Of a stretch of 64,000 nucleotides of DNA, positions 19,061 through 29,026 are shown piece by piece. This DNA is from Polyangiales bacterium (GTDB taxonomy: Bacteria; Myxococcota_A; Polyangia; Polyangiales; Polyangiaceae), in NCBI GenBank assembly GCA_038231275.1, contig JBBRLQ010000002.1, forward strand, positions 320,001 to 384,000, in the 5' to 3' direction. The position numbers were made by a program, and so were the translations under genes. Under the pieces are notes generated by a model. It worked only from the letters and a program-made list of their open reading frames with translations. It was not told the origin of the DNA and did no database searches. Positions within the stretch are counted from its first letter, which is position 1; each line of letters opens with the position of its first letter.

Positions 19061-19789
19061 ATGCCCGAGGGTCCCCACATCTCCATCGTCATCCCGATCT
19101 ACAACGAGCAGGGGATCCTCCACTCCGCCGTCGTCGATCTTCGCGAGCGCCTGAAGCCGTTCGGGTGGAGCTACGAGATCATCCTCGCGGAGAACGGCAG
19201 CAAGGATCGCACGATCGAGATCGGCGAGGAGCTCGCGGGCAAATACGGCGACCCGAACGACGGGCAGGTGAGGATCATCAGCATGGGCGAGCCGAACTAC
19301 GGCAAGGCGCTCAAGCAGGGCATCCTCCTGTCGCGCGGCGAGCTCGTCATCTGCGACGAGATCGATCTCTGCGACACGGATTTCCACCGCCGCGCGATCG
19401 AGATCCTCGAGACCGGCGAGGCCGATCTGGTGATCGGCAGCAAGCTCGCGACCGGCAGCGAGGACGATCGGCCGATGCTGCGCCACGTGGCCAGCCAGGC
19501 GTACAGCGGCATGCTGCGTCTTCTCCTCGGCTTCCGCGGCACCGACACGCATGGGTTGAAAGCGTTCCGGCGCGTCGCGCTGCTCGACGTCGTCCGCGCC
19601 TGCCTCGTCGACAAGGACGTGTTCGCGAGCGAGCTCGTCATCCGCGCCGATCGCGGCGGCGTGAAGACGCGGGAGATCCCGGTGCGCGTGATGGAGAAGC
19701 GGCCGCCTTCGATCAACCTCTTCAAGCGCGTGCCCAACGTACTGAAGAGCGTCGTGAAGCTGACCTACGCGATCCGCATCCGAGGGTAG
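19061..19789 (+). CDS. Glycosyltransferase family 2 (polyprenol-phosphate sugar synthase-like)
   Basis: SIVIPIYNE, ENGSKDRT, DEID, DTHGLKAF. Confidence 0.88.
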   Translation: MPEGPHISIVIPIYNEQGILHSAVVDLRERLKPFGWSYEIILAENGSKDRTIEIGEELAGKYGDPNDGQVRIISMGEPNYGKALKQGILLSRGELVICDEIDLCDTDFHRRAIEILETGEADLVIGSKLATGSEDDRPMLRHVASQAYSGMLRLLLGFRGTDTHGLKAFRRVALLDVVRACLVDKDVFASELVIRADRGGVKTREIPVRVMEKRPPSINLFKRVPNVLKSVVKLTYAIRIRG

Positions 19790-19794
19790 AACGG

Positions 19795-20142
19795 CTATGG
19801 GCCGTGGCGACCAGGCCCGATCGCGACGATGCTGAAGACGATGATCACGCCGAGGACGATCGCGCCCACGATGATCGCGATTTTGGCGCCCCGCGACAGC
19901 GCCAGATCGGTCGTGACGGAGCCGGCGGGAAGCCGCGACGTGACCACCGCCAGCGTCTGCCTGGTCACGAGCTCGACGCGCGGGTGAAGCACGTCGTCTC
20001 GGAGGATCGGCGCCGTCCATGCTGCGCCCGCTTCGCCGAGGTCGTCCGCGCGCGCGGCCGCGGGCGCGCCGGCGGAGATGACTCCCGCGAGGACCGCCGC
20101 CGCCAGCCGCGTTCGCGCGTTGCCCAAGCTCCCTCCGCTCAC
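19795..20142 (-). CDS. Hypothetical exported protein with C-terminal TM helix
   Basis: GTG overlaps the upstream TGA; signal ending ARA; hydrophobic IAIIVGAIVLGVIIVF. Confidence 0.55.
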   Translation of the reverse strand: MSGGSLGNARTRLAAAVLAGVISAGAPAAARADDLGEAGAAWTAPILRDDVLHPRVELVTRQTLAVVTSRLPAGSVTTDLALSRGAKIAIIVGAIVLGVIIVFSIVAIGPGRHGP

Positions 20143-20765
20143 GGGATGAACGTAACGCACTTTCCGCTGAGCGCGCCGCCGGAGAGATCGCACTTCACCT
20201 GGACGTCCTGCTTTTGCCCCGTCTTGCCGTCCTGCGCGAGCGCCTGATCGCTCTGCGGGCACGCGCAAGCGGTGCAGCCCTTCTCCCAGGCTTGCTCGGC
20301 CTTGTCGAACGAGCTCACGGCGCTGTGGTTGATGCCGTTCGCGTCGTAGATGCCGCAGCACGCCGTCAGATGAAACGCGATCGAGCAGGCGTCCGTGACC
20401 GTGCACCCCGCGGGAAAGTCCGGGAAGGCGCCGCCGTCCGGGTTGCCGCACGTGAGACCGCCACCATCGCGACCTCCTCCACCGTCCCCGGAGCCACCTC
20501 CGTCGCCGGTTCCGCTGCTACCGCTGCTGCCGCTGCTCCCGCTGCTGCTGCTGCCGCCGTCGCCGGTTCCGCTGCTGCCGCTGCTGCCGCTACTACTGGT
20601 GCTACCGCTGCTGCCGCTACTACTTGTGCTACCGCTGCTACCGCTGCTGCCGCCGTCGTCGGCACTCCCCAGGAATTGGGACGAGGAGCCTCCACACGCG
20701 ACCACCATTGCGAGCACGCTGGTCACCGCCGCGAATCGCACGCCCTTACTCACCTTGGCCGCCAT
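20139..20765 (-). CDS. Ser/Gly-linker, Cys-rich lipoprotein
   Basis: VVAC lipobox, SSG repeats, DGG motifs, Cys-rich C-terminal domain. Confidence 0.75.
   Translation of the reverse strand: MAAKVSKGVRFAAVTSVLAMVVACGGSSSQFLGSADDGGSSGSSGSTSSSGSSGSTSSSGSSGSSGTGDGGSSSSGSSGSSGSSGTGDGGGSGDGGGGRDGGGLTCGNPDGGAFPDFPAGCTVTDACSIAFHLTACCGIYDANGINHSAVSSFDKAEQAWEKGCTACACPQSDQALAQDGKTGQKQDVQVKCDLSGGALSGKCVTFIP
20515..20655 (-). repeat. Coding low-complexity SSG repeat
   Basis: ccgctgctg/ccgctgcta units on the + strand encoding the Ser/Gly linker. Confidence 0.8.
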
Positions 20766-20937
20766 GGGTCTACCTCCGACGCGGGCGGATAGTGCAAGCG
20801 CTTCGCCACGCGAGAATTCACGGCAAACGCGGGTTGCCGTGCGTGCAGACTGCATGTCACGCGCGTCGCCGGTACGAACGAATTGCGAGGCCTGGACGCC
20901 GCCGCGACCAGGGCGGTGGGTCGCGGAGCCCTGGTTG

Positions 20938-21951
20938 ATGTATGCCTGGCGAGTGGCGCGTTCGTGGAAGATGTGGGTGGGTTTCGCCATCAGCGGCGTC
21001 GCGCTAGTGCTCACGCTTCGGCACGTCGACTTCGGGCAGCTCCTCGCCGCGCTCGCGGAGGCGCGCCTCGTCTGGATCCTGCCGGCGTCGGTCTTTTGGG
21101 TGATCAGCTACTTCGCGCGCGCGCGCAGGTGGTCGATCTTCATGAGCGGCACGCCGTTCTGGATGACGGTGCACGCGCAGAACATCGGCTACCTCCTCAA
21201 CTGTACGCTCCCGTTCCGCCTCGGCGAGGTCGCGCGCGCGTACGTCATCGGCCAGAAGACCGACGTCTCCATGGCGCGCGCTCTCTCGTCGATCATCGTC
21301 GAGCGCCTCTTGGATCTCGCGACGGTCGTGTTGATGTTCGTCGTCTTCGCGCAGTACATCCCGATGCCCCCGGCCTTCTCCAAGGCGGCGATGGGCGGCG
21401 CCGCACTCGTCCTCGTGATGCTCGTCCTCGGCGGCCTGCTCGTCTGGAAGGCCGACGCCGCGGACAAGCACGTCTTGCGACCGCTCCTCGGACGCATCTC
21501 GCCGACGCTCGCCGCCAAGGTCCTCCCGAAGCTGCGCGAGATCACCGACGGCTTCCGCGTCGTCGGCTCGGCGCGGCGGATGGGCGTCGTCCTCTTCTTG
21601 ACGGTGCTCCTGTGGGGCTCGATGACCGTCTTCACGTACTTCGCGATGTGCTCGTTTTTGCCGGGCCACATGGAGCAAGCGGGGCTGATGCTCGTCACCA
21701 CGAACTTGGGTGGCGCGCTCCCGAGCGCGCCGGGCGGGCTCGGGATCGTGCAGGGCTTCGCGAAGACCGCCCTCGTGAGCCCGTTCCACGTGCCCGAGGA
21801 GCCGGCGGTCGCGTTCGTGTTCGTGTGGTCGCTGGGGCAGCAGCTCCTCTTGATCGTGATGGGCCTCGTGAGCCTGGCGCGCGTGGGGATGACGTTCGCG
21901 CAGGTGCGGCAGGGCAGTCCGACCCAAGCGCCGGCGCGGGATTCGTCCTAG
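20938..21951 (+). CDS. Lysylphosphatidylglycerol synthase TM region / UPF0104 flippase-like protein
   Basis: RARRW, N.TLPFRLGEVAR, ERLLD, PSAPGGLG. Confidence 0.85.
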   Translation: MYAWRVARSWKMWVGFAISGVALVLTLRHVDFGQLLAALAEARLVWILPASVFWVISYFARARRWSIFMSGTPFWMTVHAQNIGYLLNCTLPFRLGEVARAYVIGQKTDVSMARALSSIIVERLLDLATVVLMFVVFAQYIPMPPAFSKAAMGGAALVLVMLVLGGLLVWKADAADKHVLRPLLGRISPTLAAKVLPKLREITDGFRVVGSARRMGVVLFLTVLLWGSMTVFTYFAMCSFLPGHMEQAGLMLVTTNLGGALPSAPGGLGIVQGFAKTALVSPFHVPEEPAVAFVFVWSLGQQLLLIVMGLVSLARVGMTFAQVRQGSPTQAPARDSS

Positions 21952-22050
21952 CTCTCGTCGGTACGCTCCGCGAGTCGCGCGGGGACGAGCGTAGAACGCA
22001 CGGCGGCCTTGACCGCACGTCGCATCTCAACGAAGTTTCCTCCCTTACAC

Positions 22051-23577
22051 GTGGAAAACCAAACCAAGGTCGCGATCATCGGTGCGGGCCCCGCCGGGCT
22101 GACGGCGGCGTATTTGCTTTCGAAGAAGGGCGTCGCCGTGACGGTGCTCGAGGCCGATCCGGAGTACGTCGGGGGCATCTCGCGCACCGCAAAGTACAAG
22201 GGCTTCCACTTCGACATCGGCGGCCACCGCTTCTTCTCGAAGTCGAAGGAGGTGGAGGATTTCTGGACCGAGATCCTCCCGGACGACATGCTCGAGCGCC
22301 CGCGCTCGTCGCGCATCTTCTATAACGGCCAGTTCTTCGGCTATCCGCTCAAAGGGACCGAGGCCCTCGTGAAGCTCGGCCCGATCGAAGCCGCGCTGTG
22401 CGTCGCCTCGTACGTGCGCGCGCGCGCCTTTCCCAACCCCGCGCCGCGCAACTTCGAGGAGTGGGTAACGAACGAGTTCGGCGAGCGCCTCTTCCGCATC
22501 TTCTTCAAGACGTACACGGAGAAGGTGTGGGGTATGCCGTGCCGCGAGATCAGCGCCGACTGGGCCGCGCAGCGCATCAAGGGGCTGTCGCTCAGCTCCG
22601 CGATCAAGAACGCGCTCATCCCCGACAAGCCGAAGAGCAAGAAGGACGTCATCAAGACGCTCATCGACTCCTTCCGCTATCCGCGCAAAGGGCCGGGTAT
22701 GTTGTGGGAGGAGTGCACGCGAAAAATCCGCGCGCTCGGCGGCCAGGTGCTCCTCGGCGAGCGCGTCGTTCACTGCGCCTACGACGCCGCGACGAAGAAA
22801 TGGACCGTCACGAGCGAGAAGGACGGCGCAACGACGACGGTGATCGCCGATCACGTCGTCTCGAGCGCGCCGCTCCGCGAGCTGGCGCAGTCGCTCGAAC
22901 CGAAGATGAGCGCGGCGTCGCTCGGCGCCGCAGGGTCGCTCAAGTACCGCGATTTTCTCACGGTGACGTTGATCCTCCCGGACAAGAACCTGTTCGACGA
23001 CAATTGGATCTACATCCACGACCCAACGGTGAAGGTCGGCCGCATCCAGAACTTCAAGTCGTGGTCGCCCGAGATGGTGCCGGACCCGACCAAGTGCTCC
23101 TACGGGCTCGAGTACTTCTGCTTCGAGGGGGACGGGCTGTGGTCGTCCCCCGACGAGGATCTCATCGCGCTCGCCAAGAAGGAGCTCGAGCAAATCGGGC
23201 TTGGCCGCGCCGCCGACGTGCTCGACGGGTGCGTCGTCCGCCAGCGAAAGGCGTACCCCGTCTATGACGACGACTACGCCAAGCACGTCGACCTGGTGCG
23301 CCGCGAGATGGAGGAGCGCTTCCCGTCGCTCCACCCCGTTGGCCGCAACGGGATGCACAAGTACAATAACCAAGACCACGCGATGATGACGGCGATGCTG
23401 ACCGTCCAGAACATCCTCGCGGACGCGCGCGTCTTCGACGTGTGGCAGGTGAACCAGGACGCCGAGTACCACGAGGCCGGCAAGGCAGGCGCGGAGTCGG
23501 GCGCGAGCGGGACGAGCGGCCTGCGTCAGGTGCCCGGGAAGGCGAACACCGGCGCCGTGTCGTCCACGGCCCGCTGA
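22051..23577 (+). CDS. FAD-dependent oxidoreductase (protoporphyrinogen oxidase / UDP-galactopyranose mutase-like fold)
   Basis: [48 protein letters not shown]. Confidence 0.85.
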   Translation: MENQTKVAIIGAGPAGLTAAYLLSKKGVAVTVLEADPEYVGGISRTAKYKGFHFDIGGHRFFSKSKEVEDFWTEILPDDMLERPRSSRIFYNGQFFGYPLKGTEALVKLGPIEAALCVASYVRARAFPNPAPRNFEEWVTNEFGERLFRIFFKTYTEKVWGMPCREISADWAAQRIKGLSLSSAIKNALIPDKPKSKKDVIKTLIDSFRYPRKGPGMLWEECTRKIRALGGQVLLGERVVHCAYDAATKKWTVTSEKDGATTTVIADHVVSSAPLRELAQSLEPKMSAASLGAAGSLKYRDFLTVTLILPDKNLFDDNWIYIHDPTVKVGRIQNFKSWSPEMVPDPTKCSYGLEYFCFEGDGLWSSPDEDLIALAKKELEQIGLGRAADVLDGCVVRQRKAYPVYDDDYAKHVDLVRREMEERFPSLHPVGRNGMHKYNNQDHAMMTAMLTVQNILADARVFDVWQVNQDAEYHEAGKAGAESGASGTSGLRQVPGKANTGAVSSTAR

Positions 23578-23592
23578 TATGATGGGCCAGAC

Positions 23593-23991
23593 TTGCATCA
23601 CTACTCCGGGCTCCCACCGCCGATGCCGCCCCAGCTGCCGGGGCCCGAAGAGGAGCGCGCCAAACGCGCAGCCCTCGCGGCGTCGCTGTCGCTCCTCGCG
23701 TTCGCGACGCTGACGACGCTGGCGCTGGTGGCGTGGTTCTCGCGCGCCGAGCAGCCGTGGAATTGGAAGGCCGTCGTCGCGTTGCTCAGCGCGATGCTCG
23801 GCCTCACCGCGAGCGCGCTCGTGTGGCGTGCTCCTTCGCGGACGCACGCGATCGCAGGGATCGTCGTGATGGCGCTTTCGCTCGTTCGTGTCGGTCCGCC
23901 GTGGGACTGGACGTGGGTGAGCTTCGCGCTTCTCTCCGTCACCGCCCTGATGCTCGTGCCGCTCGTGAATGCAGCACTCGTCCTGCGTTGA
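23593..23991 (+). CDS. Hypothetical 4-TM membrane protein
   Basis: Four hydrophobic segments; start uncertain. Confidence 0.65.
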   Translation: MHHYSGLPPPMPPQLPGPEEERAKRAALAASLSLLAFATLTTLALVAWFSRAEQPWNWKAVVALLSAMLGLTASALVWRAPSRTHAIAGIVVMALSLVRVGPPWDWTWVSFALLSVTALMLVPLVNAALVLR

Positions 23992-24043
23992 CGCGCTAGC
24001 TGAAGACGGGAAAGCGACGGGGGAACATCGACGGCACTCTCAC

Positions 24044-24071
24044 TTATGCACACTCTGTACCCACATGTGGG
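24044..24071. promoter_or_regulatory. Consensus DnaA box plus 12-bp palindrome
   Basis: TTATGCACA (TTWTNCACA) at 24044-24052; CCCACATGTGGG at 24060-24071. Confidence 0.35.
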
Positions 24072-24242
24072 ATACCTCTAGCCGCTGGATTTCATTCGAT
24101 TGTCCGCCTTACAAAGCGGCTCCATGACGATCCAGCGCGGCCGATTCCGATCCAGCATGCCGCAGCGCGTGGTAGACCGCGTCACGTGAGCGCCCCTCCG
24201 TCCGGCGGCCCGGCTCCGTCGCTTCGGGCGCCGATCGTCCCC

Positions 24243-25940
24243 ATGCGCGAGCACGCGGGGCCCGCGCCCGAGCAGTCGTTCGACGTGGCGATCATCGGCG
24301 GCGGCGTCAACGGCACCGGCGTGGCGCGCGATCTCTCACTGCGCGGGCTCAAGGTGATCCTCTTCGAACGCAACGATCTGGCGTTCGGCGCCAGCGGCAA
24401 CTCGAGCGGGATGATCCACGGCGGCGTGCGCTACCTGACGAGCAACCCAAAGGTGACCGAGCAGTCCTGTCGAGACTCCGGCTACATCCAGCAGATCGCG
24501 CCGCACCTCCTCTTCCGGATCCCGTTCCTGTTTCCGGTGAAGAGCGGCCTCAAGGGGCGGATTGCGATCGAGCTCATCGACGCGTTCTTCCGCGCCTACG
24601 ATCAGTTCCAGCCGCTGAAGCGCGGCGAGCCGCACACGCGCCTGTCGCCGAGCGAGCTCGCGGTGCTGGAGCCGGGCCTGACGGGATCCCTCGTCGGCGG
24701 GATCACGTTCGACGAGTGGGGCGTCGACGGCGCGCGGCTCTGCGTCCTCAACGCGGTCGACGCGAAAGAGCGCGGCGCCGTCGTGCACGTGCACACCGCC
24801 GTCGAGTCCGTCGAGCGCGCGCTGGACGACGAGGCGCCGTCAGGACAGAACGTCGGGAGCTACGTCGTGCGGGCGCGCGACCTCATGACCGATCGCGCTC
24901 TCCTCGCCCGCGCGCGCGTAGTCGTCAACGCGACGGGCGCGTGGGGGCCGATCACGGCGGCGCTCGGAAACCTCCCGTCGTCGCGCGTGCGCGTGCGCCC
25001 CGGCAAGGGCATCCACGTAGCCTTCGATCGACGCCTCTCCAACTACGGCATCGTGTGCGAGGCGATCGACGGGCGGCAGATTTTCGTCATGCCGTGGCAG
25101 AACATGACCGTCATCGGCACCACCGACGACGACTACTTCGGCGATCTGAACGAGGTCCTCGCCACGAGCGAGGAGGTTCGCTACCTCGTGCAAGGCGTGG
25201 CCCGCATTTTCCCGGCGATCCGCGAGGCGCGCGCGATCGGAACATGGGCGGGCGTGCGGCCGACGCTGTACGCGTTCGGGCCCAACGAGGACGCGCTCTC
25301 GCGCGAGCACATGATCGTCGATCACGCGAACGACGGCGCGCCGGGGATCTATTCGATGATCGGCGGCAAGCTCGCGAGCTACCGGCTGTTCGCGCAGGAG
25401 ATGAGCGATCGCATCGCGGTCGATCTGGCGCCGCAATCGCGGTGCTCGACCCACGAGAAGCCGCTGCCGGGCGGTGATCGCGTTCCCGATGCGTTCGCGC
25501 TCTCCGAGCAGGGGGAGATCACGCCGGTCGCGGCGCGGCGCCTCGTGTACAGGCACGGTTCGCGGAGCGCGCGCGTGCTGGCGCGCATCGCGAAGAGCCC
25601 GCGAGAGCGCGCTGTCGTGTGCGCGTGCGAGCCGGTGCTCGAGGCGGAGGTGCGGTGCGCCTTGACCTTCGAGATGGCGCGCAGCGTCGAGGACGTCGCG
25701 CGCCGAACGCGGCTGGGCCTCGGCGCGTGCGGCGGCATGCGGTGCGCAGCGCGCTGTGGGCAGATCGTCGCCGAGGAGCTCGGTCTGCCGCCGAGCCACG
25801 GCGCGAAGATGGCGCGCGCGTTCCTCGTCCGTCACGCCAAGACGCGCGTGGTCGCGATGGGCCCCGAGCAGGCGCGTCAAGAGGCGCTCGCCTTCGCCGC
25901 GATGCGCGCGACCCTCGGCCTGCGTGGGGACGATCCTTGA
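24243..25940 (+). CDS. glpA: FAD-dependent glycerol-3-phosphate dehydrogenase, GlpA-type with C-terminal BFD-like [2Fe-2S] domain
   Basis: IIGGGVNG, SSGMIHGGVRYL, VNATGAW, KGIH, IGTTD, GVRP, GGKL; CACE...RRTRLGLGACGGMRC. Confidence 0.8.
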   Translation: MREHAGPAPEQSFDVAIIGGGVNGTGVARDLSLRGLKVILFERNDLAFGASGNSSGMIHGGVRYLTSNPKVTEQSCRDSGYIQQIAPHLLFRIPFLFPVKSGLKGRIAIELIDAFFRAYDQFQPLKRGEPHTRLSPSELAVLEPGLTGSLVGGITFDEWGVDGARLCVLNAVDAKERGAVVHVHTAVESVERALDDEAPSGQNVGSYVVRARDLMTDRALLARARVVVNATGAWGPITAALGNLPSSRVRVRPGKGIHVAFDRRLSNYGIVCEAIDGRQIFVMPWQNMTVIGTTDDDYFGDLNEVLATSEEVRYLVQGVARIFPAIREARAIGTWAGVRPTLYAFGPNEDALSREHMIVDHANDGAPGIYSMIGGKLASYRLFAQEMSDRIAVDLAPQSRCSTHEKPLPGGDRVPDAFALSEQGEITPVAARRLVYRHGSRSARVLARIAKSPRERAVVCACEPVLEAEVRCALTFEMARSVEDVARRTRLGLGACGGMRCAARCGQIVAEELGLPPSHGAKMARAFLVRHAKTRVVAMGPEQARQEALAFAAMRATLGLRGDDP

Positions 25941-27160
25941 GGCACGTCGTCGTCGTCGGCGCGGGCGTCGCCGGTACCGCAGCGGCGCTTGCGGCGGGCG
26001 CGGCCGGCGCGCGCGTCACCCTGCTCGACGGCGGCGCGGGGGCATCCGTGCTCGCGGGCGGCGCGATGGATCTCGCGCCGTGGGAGGACGCGGCGCACGG
26101 CGAAGGGGAGGAGCTGTTCGCGGAGCCTGCGGTCGCGCGGGTCTTGGCGGAGCTCGGCGACGTCGTCCGCGTCGGGGCCACGACCGCGGTCGTGGTGACG
26201 GCAGCGGGCATCGTGAGGCCGGCGCGCGCCGTCGATCGCGCGTTGCTGGATCTGGCGGGGCTCCCGGCCGGACTCGTACTCGTGCCGCGCGTTGATCATC
26301 CGGGATGGGACGCCGGAGCCGGCGCGCGCGCATGGAACGACACGCGGCTCGCGCGGGCGGGCGGCCTCGAGTTCATGGCGATCGACGCCACCCTCGTGCG
26401 CTTCGTGGACGAGCGGAGCCTCGGACACGCGGAGCTGGCCGCGCGCCACGACGCGCCGGAGCGCCTCGCGTGGCTTGGCGCGCGCGTGAAGGACGCCATC
26501 GGCCGCACCGCGCGCGCGCCGGTCGTCGGTGTCGTCGTCCCCCCCTGGCTAGGAGTGGAGCGGGCGCGCGCCGACGAGCTCTCGGCGGCGGTGGGGATCC
26601 CGTGCGGCGAGGCGCTCGTCGGTCTCGGCGGTCCGGCGGGCCTCCGCTTCGAGCACGCGCGCGATCGTGCGCTCGAAGCGCGCGCCATCACGGTGGTCGC
26701 GTCGCGCGCGGAGGAGCTTGCGCGCGATGGCGAAGGGTGGCGCGTGACGCTCGAGCGCGGCGACCGGATCGCGGCCGATCGGGTCGTGCTCGCGGCCGGC
26801 GGCCTCGTCGGCGGAGGCATCTCGTACACGCCGAGTGCGGCGGTGCTCGCCGGTGAGCTCCCGTCGCGCGCGCGCAAGTCGTTCACGTCGACCGTGGACG
26901 CGCCGGTCACGCTGGGCGTTGGCGGACGCGCGCTCGGCCTGCCCGGCTCCCTCTTCGGCGAGAGCCCCGAGACGCTCGCGTGGCCGTTTGCGGACGGCTC
27001 TCCTCTCCTCGAGCGCGTCGGCGTGCTCGCGTCGTCGTCGGGACACGTCGCGGGCGGCCTCTACGCGGCGGGAGACGTCGTCGCCGATCGCCCGCGCACC
27101 TGGCTCGACGCCCTGGCTCGCGGCGCGCGCGCCGGTGCCGCCGCCGCACGCGCGACGTGA
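25937..27160 (+). CDS. glpB: GlpB-like flavoprotein (anaerobic G3P dehydrogenase subunit B)
   Basis: TTG start overlapping the glpA stop; VVVGAGVAG, VVLAAGGLVGGGI, LYAAGD. Confidence 0.6.
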   Translation: MRHVVVVGAGVAGTAAALAAGAAGARVTLLDGGAGASVLAGGAMDLAPWEDAAHGEGEELFAEPAVARVLAELGDVVRVGATTAVVVTAAGIVRPARAVDRALLDLAGLPAGLVLVPRVDHPGWDAGAGARAWNDTRLARAGGLEFMAIDATLVRFVDERSLGHAELAARHDAPERLAWLGARVKDAIGRTARAPVVGVVVPPWLGVERARADELSAAVGIPCGEALVGLGGPAGLRFEHARDRALEARAITVVASRAEELARDGEGWRVTLERGDRIAADRVVLAAGGLVGGGISYTPSAAVLAGELPSRARKSFTSTVDAPVTLGVGGRALGLPGSLFGESPETLAWPFADGSPLLERVGVLASSSGHVAGGLYAAGDVVADRPRTWLDALARGARAGAAAARAT

Positions 27161-27175
27161 CGCCGCCGCCGCTGG

Positions 27176-28525
27176 CTATTTGACGACGGTGCCCGCCTTC
27201 ACGAGCTGCCCGCGTAGGAGCTGATACCCGATGCGCAGCGCGAAGTCGCTCGACGTCATCGGATCGAACGGAACGTTTCGCGCGGACGCGCCGTCGAGAT
27301 CGCTCACTCCTCCCTCCGGCGCGCCGGCGTCGAGCTTGAGCGCCGGCTTCCCGTCGCGCGGCAGCCCCTCCGCGGGGAGGTGCCCCTCGAGATCCCGCTC
27401 GCGCAGGACGACGCCTGCCCCGTCGGGCACGCGGCTCGACTCGATCGCGATGTCGGGATGCACGCCGTCGGCCTGGATCGCGTGTCCGCTCGGCGTGTAG
27501 TACCGCGCGGTCGTCAGCCGTAGCCCGGCGCCGCCCGGCAGCTCGAGGATCGACTGCACGCTCCCCTTCCCGAACGTGTTGGCCCCAACGATCGTCGCCC
27601 GCTTGTGATCCTGGAGCGCACCGGCGACGAGCTCCGAGGCGCTCGCGCTGTACTCGTTCACGAGGACCACCACCGGCATGTCGCTGAACGCGCCGCCCGG
27701 ACGCGCGCGCGCCTCGTCGATCACCTGACCGCGATGGCGCATCGTGTAGATCGTCCCGCCGTTCAAGAACTCGTCGGCGGTCTCCGCCGCTTCGTCGACC
27801 AGGCCGCCTGGATCGCTCCGCAGATCGAGCACCACACCGGTCAGGGTCCCCTTCGACTCCGCGCGCATCTTCCCCGCGGCGGCGACGACCTCGTCGTGCG
27901 TGTGCTCCTGGAACTGCTTGATCCGCACGTACGCGACGCGCCCTTCGAGGAGCTTCGACGCGACGCTGGGAACATGGACGATCTCGCGGACGAGATCGAA
28001 GACGATCGCCTCTTTGTGCCCTTCGCGTCGCACCGCGAGCTTCACGTGCGTGCCTGGCGTGCCGCGCATCTTGCGCACGACGCGATCGAGCTTCTCCCCG
28101 ACCGCGTTCTCGTTGTCGATCGCGAGGATCTTGTCGCCGCTCTTGATGCCCGCCCGCGCCGCCGGCGAGCCTTCGATCGGTGCGATGACGGTGAGGAGCT
28201 CACCGCGCGCGTCGACCTCGATGCCGACGCCGCCGAACTTTCCCTCGGTCTCGCTCTGGAACAACTTCCACTCTTGCGGCGGGAGGTAGCTCGAATGCGG
28301 ATCGAGCTCCGCGACCATCCCGACGATGGCGCCGTTGACGAGGCGCGCGCGGTCGACCGGCTCGACGTAGTTGTTCTCGACCTGCACGAGGACCCGCCCG
28401 AGCTGCCCGATCGCCGCATAGGGACTCTCGTCCGAGGGGGTCGCGCGCGCGGGACCTCGGCCGAGAATGGTCGCGGACATGCCGCCGAGGAAGGCCACGA
28501 GGGTGAAAAAGAGGGTGCGCTTCAC
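27176..28525 (-). CDS. S41 carboxyl-terminal processing protease (CtpA/Prc)
   Basis: LDPHSSY, GVGIE PDZ, LDLRSDPGG, SASASE, FGKGSVQ, TTARYYTPSG. Confidence 0.93.
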   Translation of the reverse strand: MKRTLFFTLVAFLGGMSATILGRGPARATPSDESPYAAIGQLGRVLVQVENNYVEPVDRARLVNGAIVGMVAELDPHSSYLPPQEWKLFQSETEGKFGGVGIEVDARGELLTVIAPIEGSPAARAGIKSGDKILAIDNENAVGEKLDRVVRKMRGTPGTHVKLAVRREGHKEAIVFDLVREIVHVPSVASKLLEGRVAYVRIKQFQEHTHDEVVAAAGKMRAESKGTLTGVVLDLRSDPGGLVDEAAETADEFLNGGTIYTMRHRGQVIDEARARPGGAFSDMPVVVLVNEYSASASELVAGALQDHKRATIVGANTFGKGSVQSILELPGGAGLRLTTARYYTPSGHAIQADGVHPDIAIESSRVPDGAGVVLRERDLEGHLPAEGLPRDGKPALKLDAGAPEGGVSDLDGASARNVPFDPMTSSDFALRIGYQLLRGQLVKAGTVVK

Positions 28526-28759
28526 ACGCGGAAGGCTACCAGGCCCCGCGCGTAAACGGCCGAATCGAGCCAAAATCGCGCTCCTTCATGCGAATCGGCA
28601 GGTGCCTTTGGGACAGGGCCGGCGCTTACCTCTGACTTTGTGGCGCTTTGTCGTAGCAACGCGCCGATTACCCCTGGTAGTCTCGCTGCATGTGGCACTC
28701 GGCGGTGACCGGCTCGCGGCACTCCGAGGGTGGTGAGGATCGCGAGAAGGAGGTCCCCT

Positions 28760-28996
28760 GTGGCTGACAAGGAGTCGATGTCGAACTTGCGCGCTGAAGG
28801 GTCCAAGACGGACAAGCGCAAGCAAAGTCTCTACTTCCCGGAGTCGATGCTCCAGGAGATCAAGGAGGAGGCCGCGCGCCTCGATCGCTCCTTGTCCTGG
28901 GTCGTGCAGCGGGCCTGGAAGATCTCCCGCATGGAGATCAAGAAGCTTCCGAGCGTCAACGAGGTCGAGGGAGCGGACGACGACGACGAGGGCTGA
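28760..28996 (+). CDS. Myxobacterial small ribbon-helix-helix protein (TIGR04563 / MXAN_4361-4362 type)
   Basis: DKRKQSLYFPESML.EI..EA.RLDRSLSWVVQRAWK; AAGGAGG RBS before GTG. Confidence 0.8.
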   Translation: MADKESMSNLRAEGSKTDKRKQSLYFPESMLQEIKEEAARLDRSLSWVVQRAWKISRMEIKKLPSVNEVEGADDDDEG

Positions 28997-29026
28997 GCTC
29001 TCGCGTGCGCAGTACTCGCATCCGTA

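Noticed and set aside
20515-20655. CRISPR array or non-coding repeat locus (also 30003-30084, 42425-42515, 46010-46092)
   Set aside because: In-frame low-complexity linkers with no repeat-spacer structure and no cas genes.
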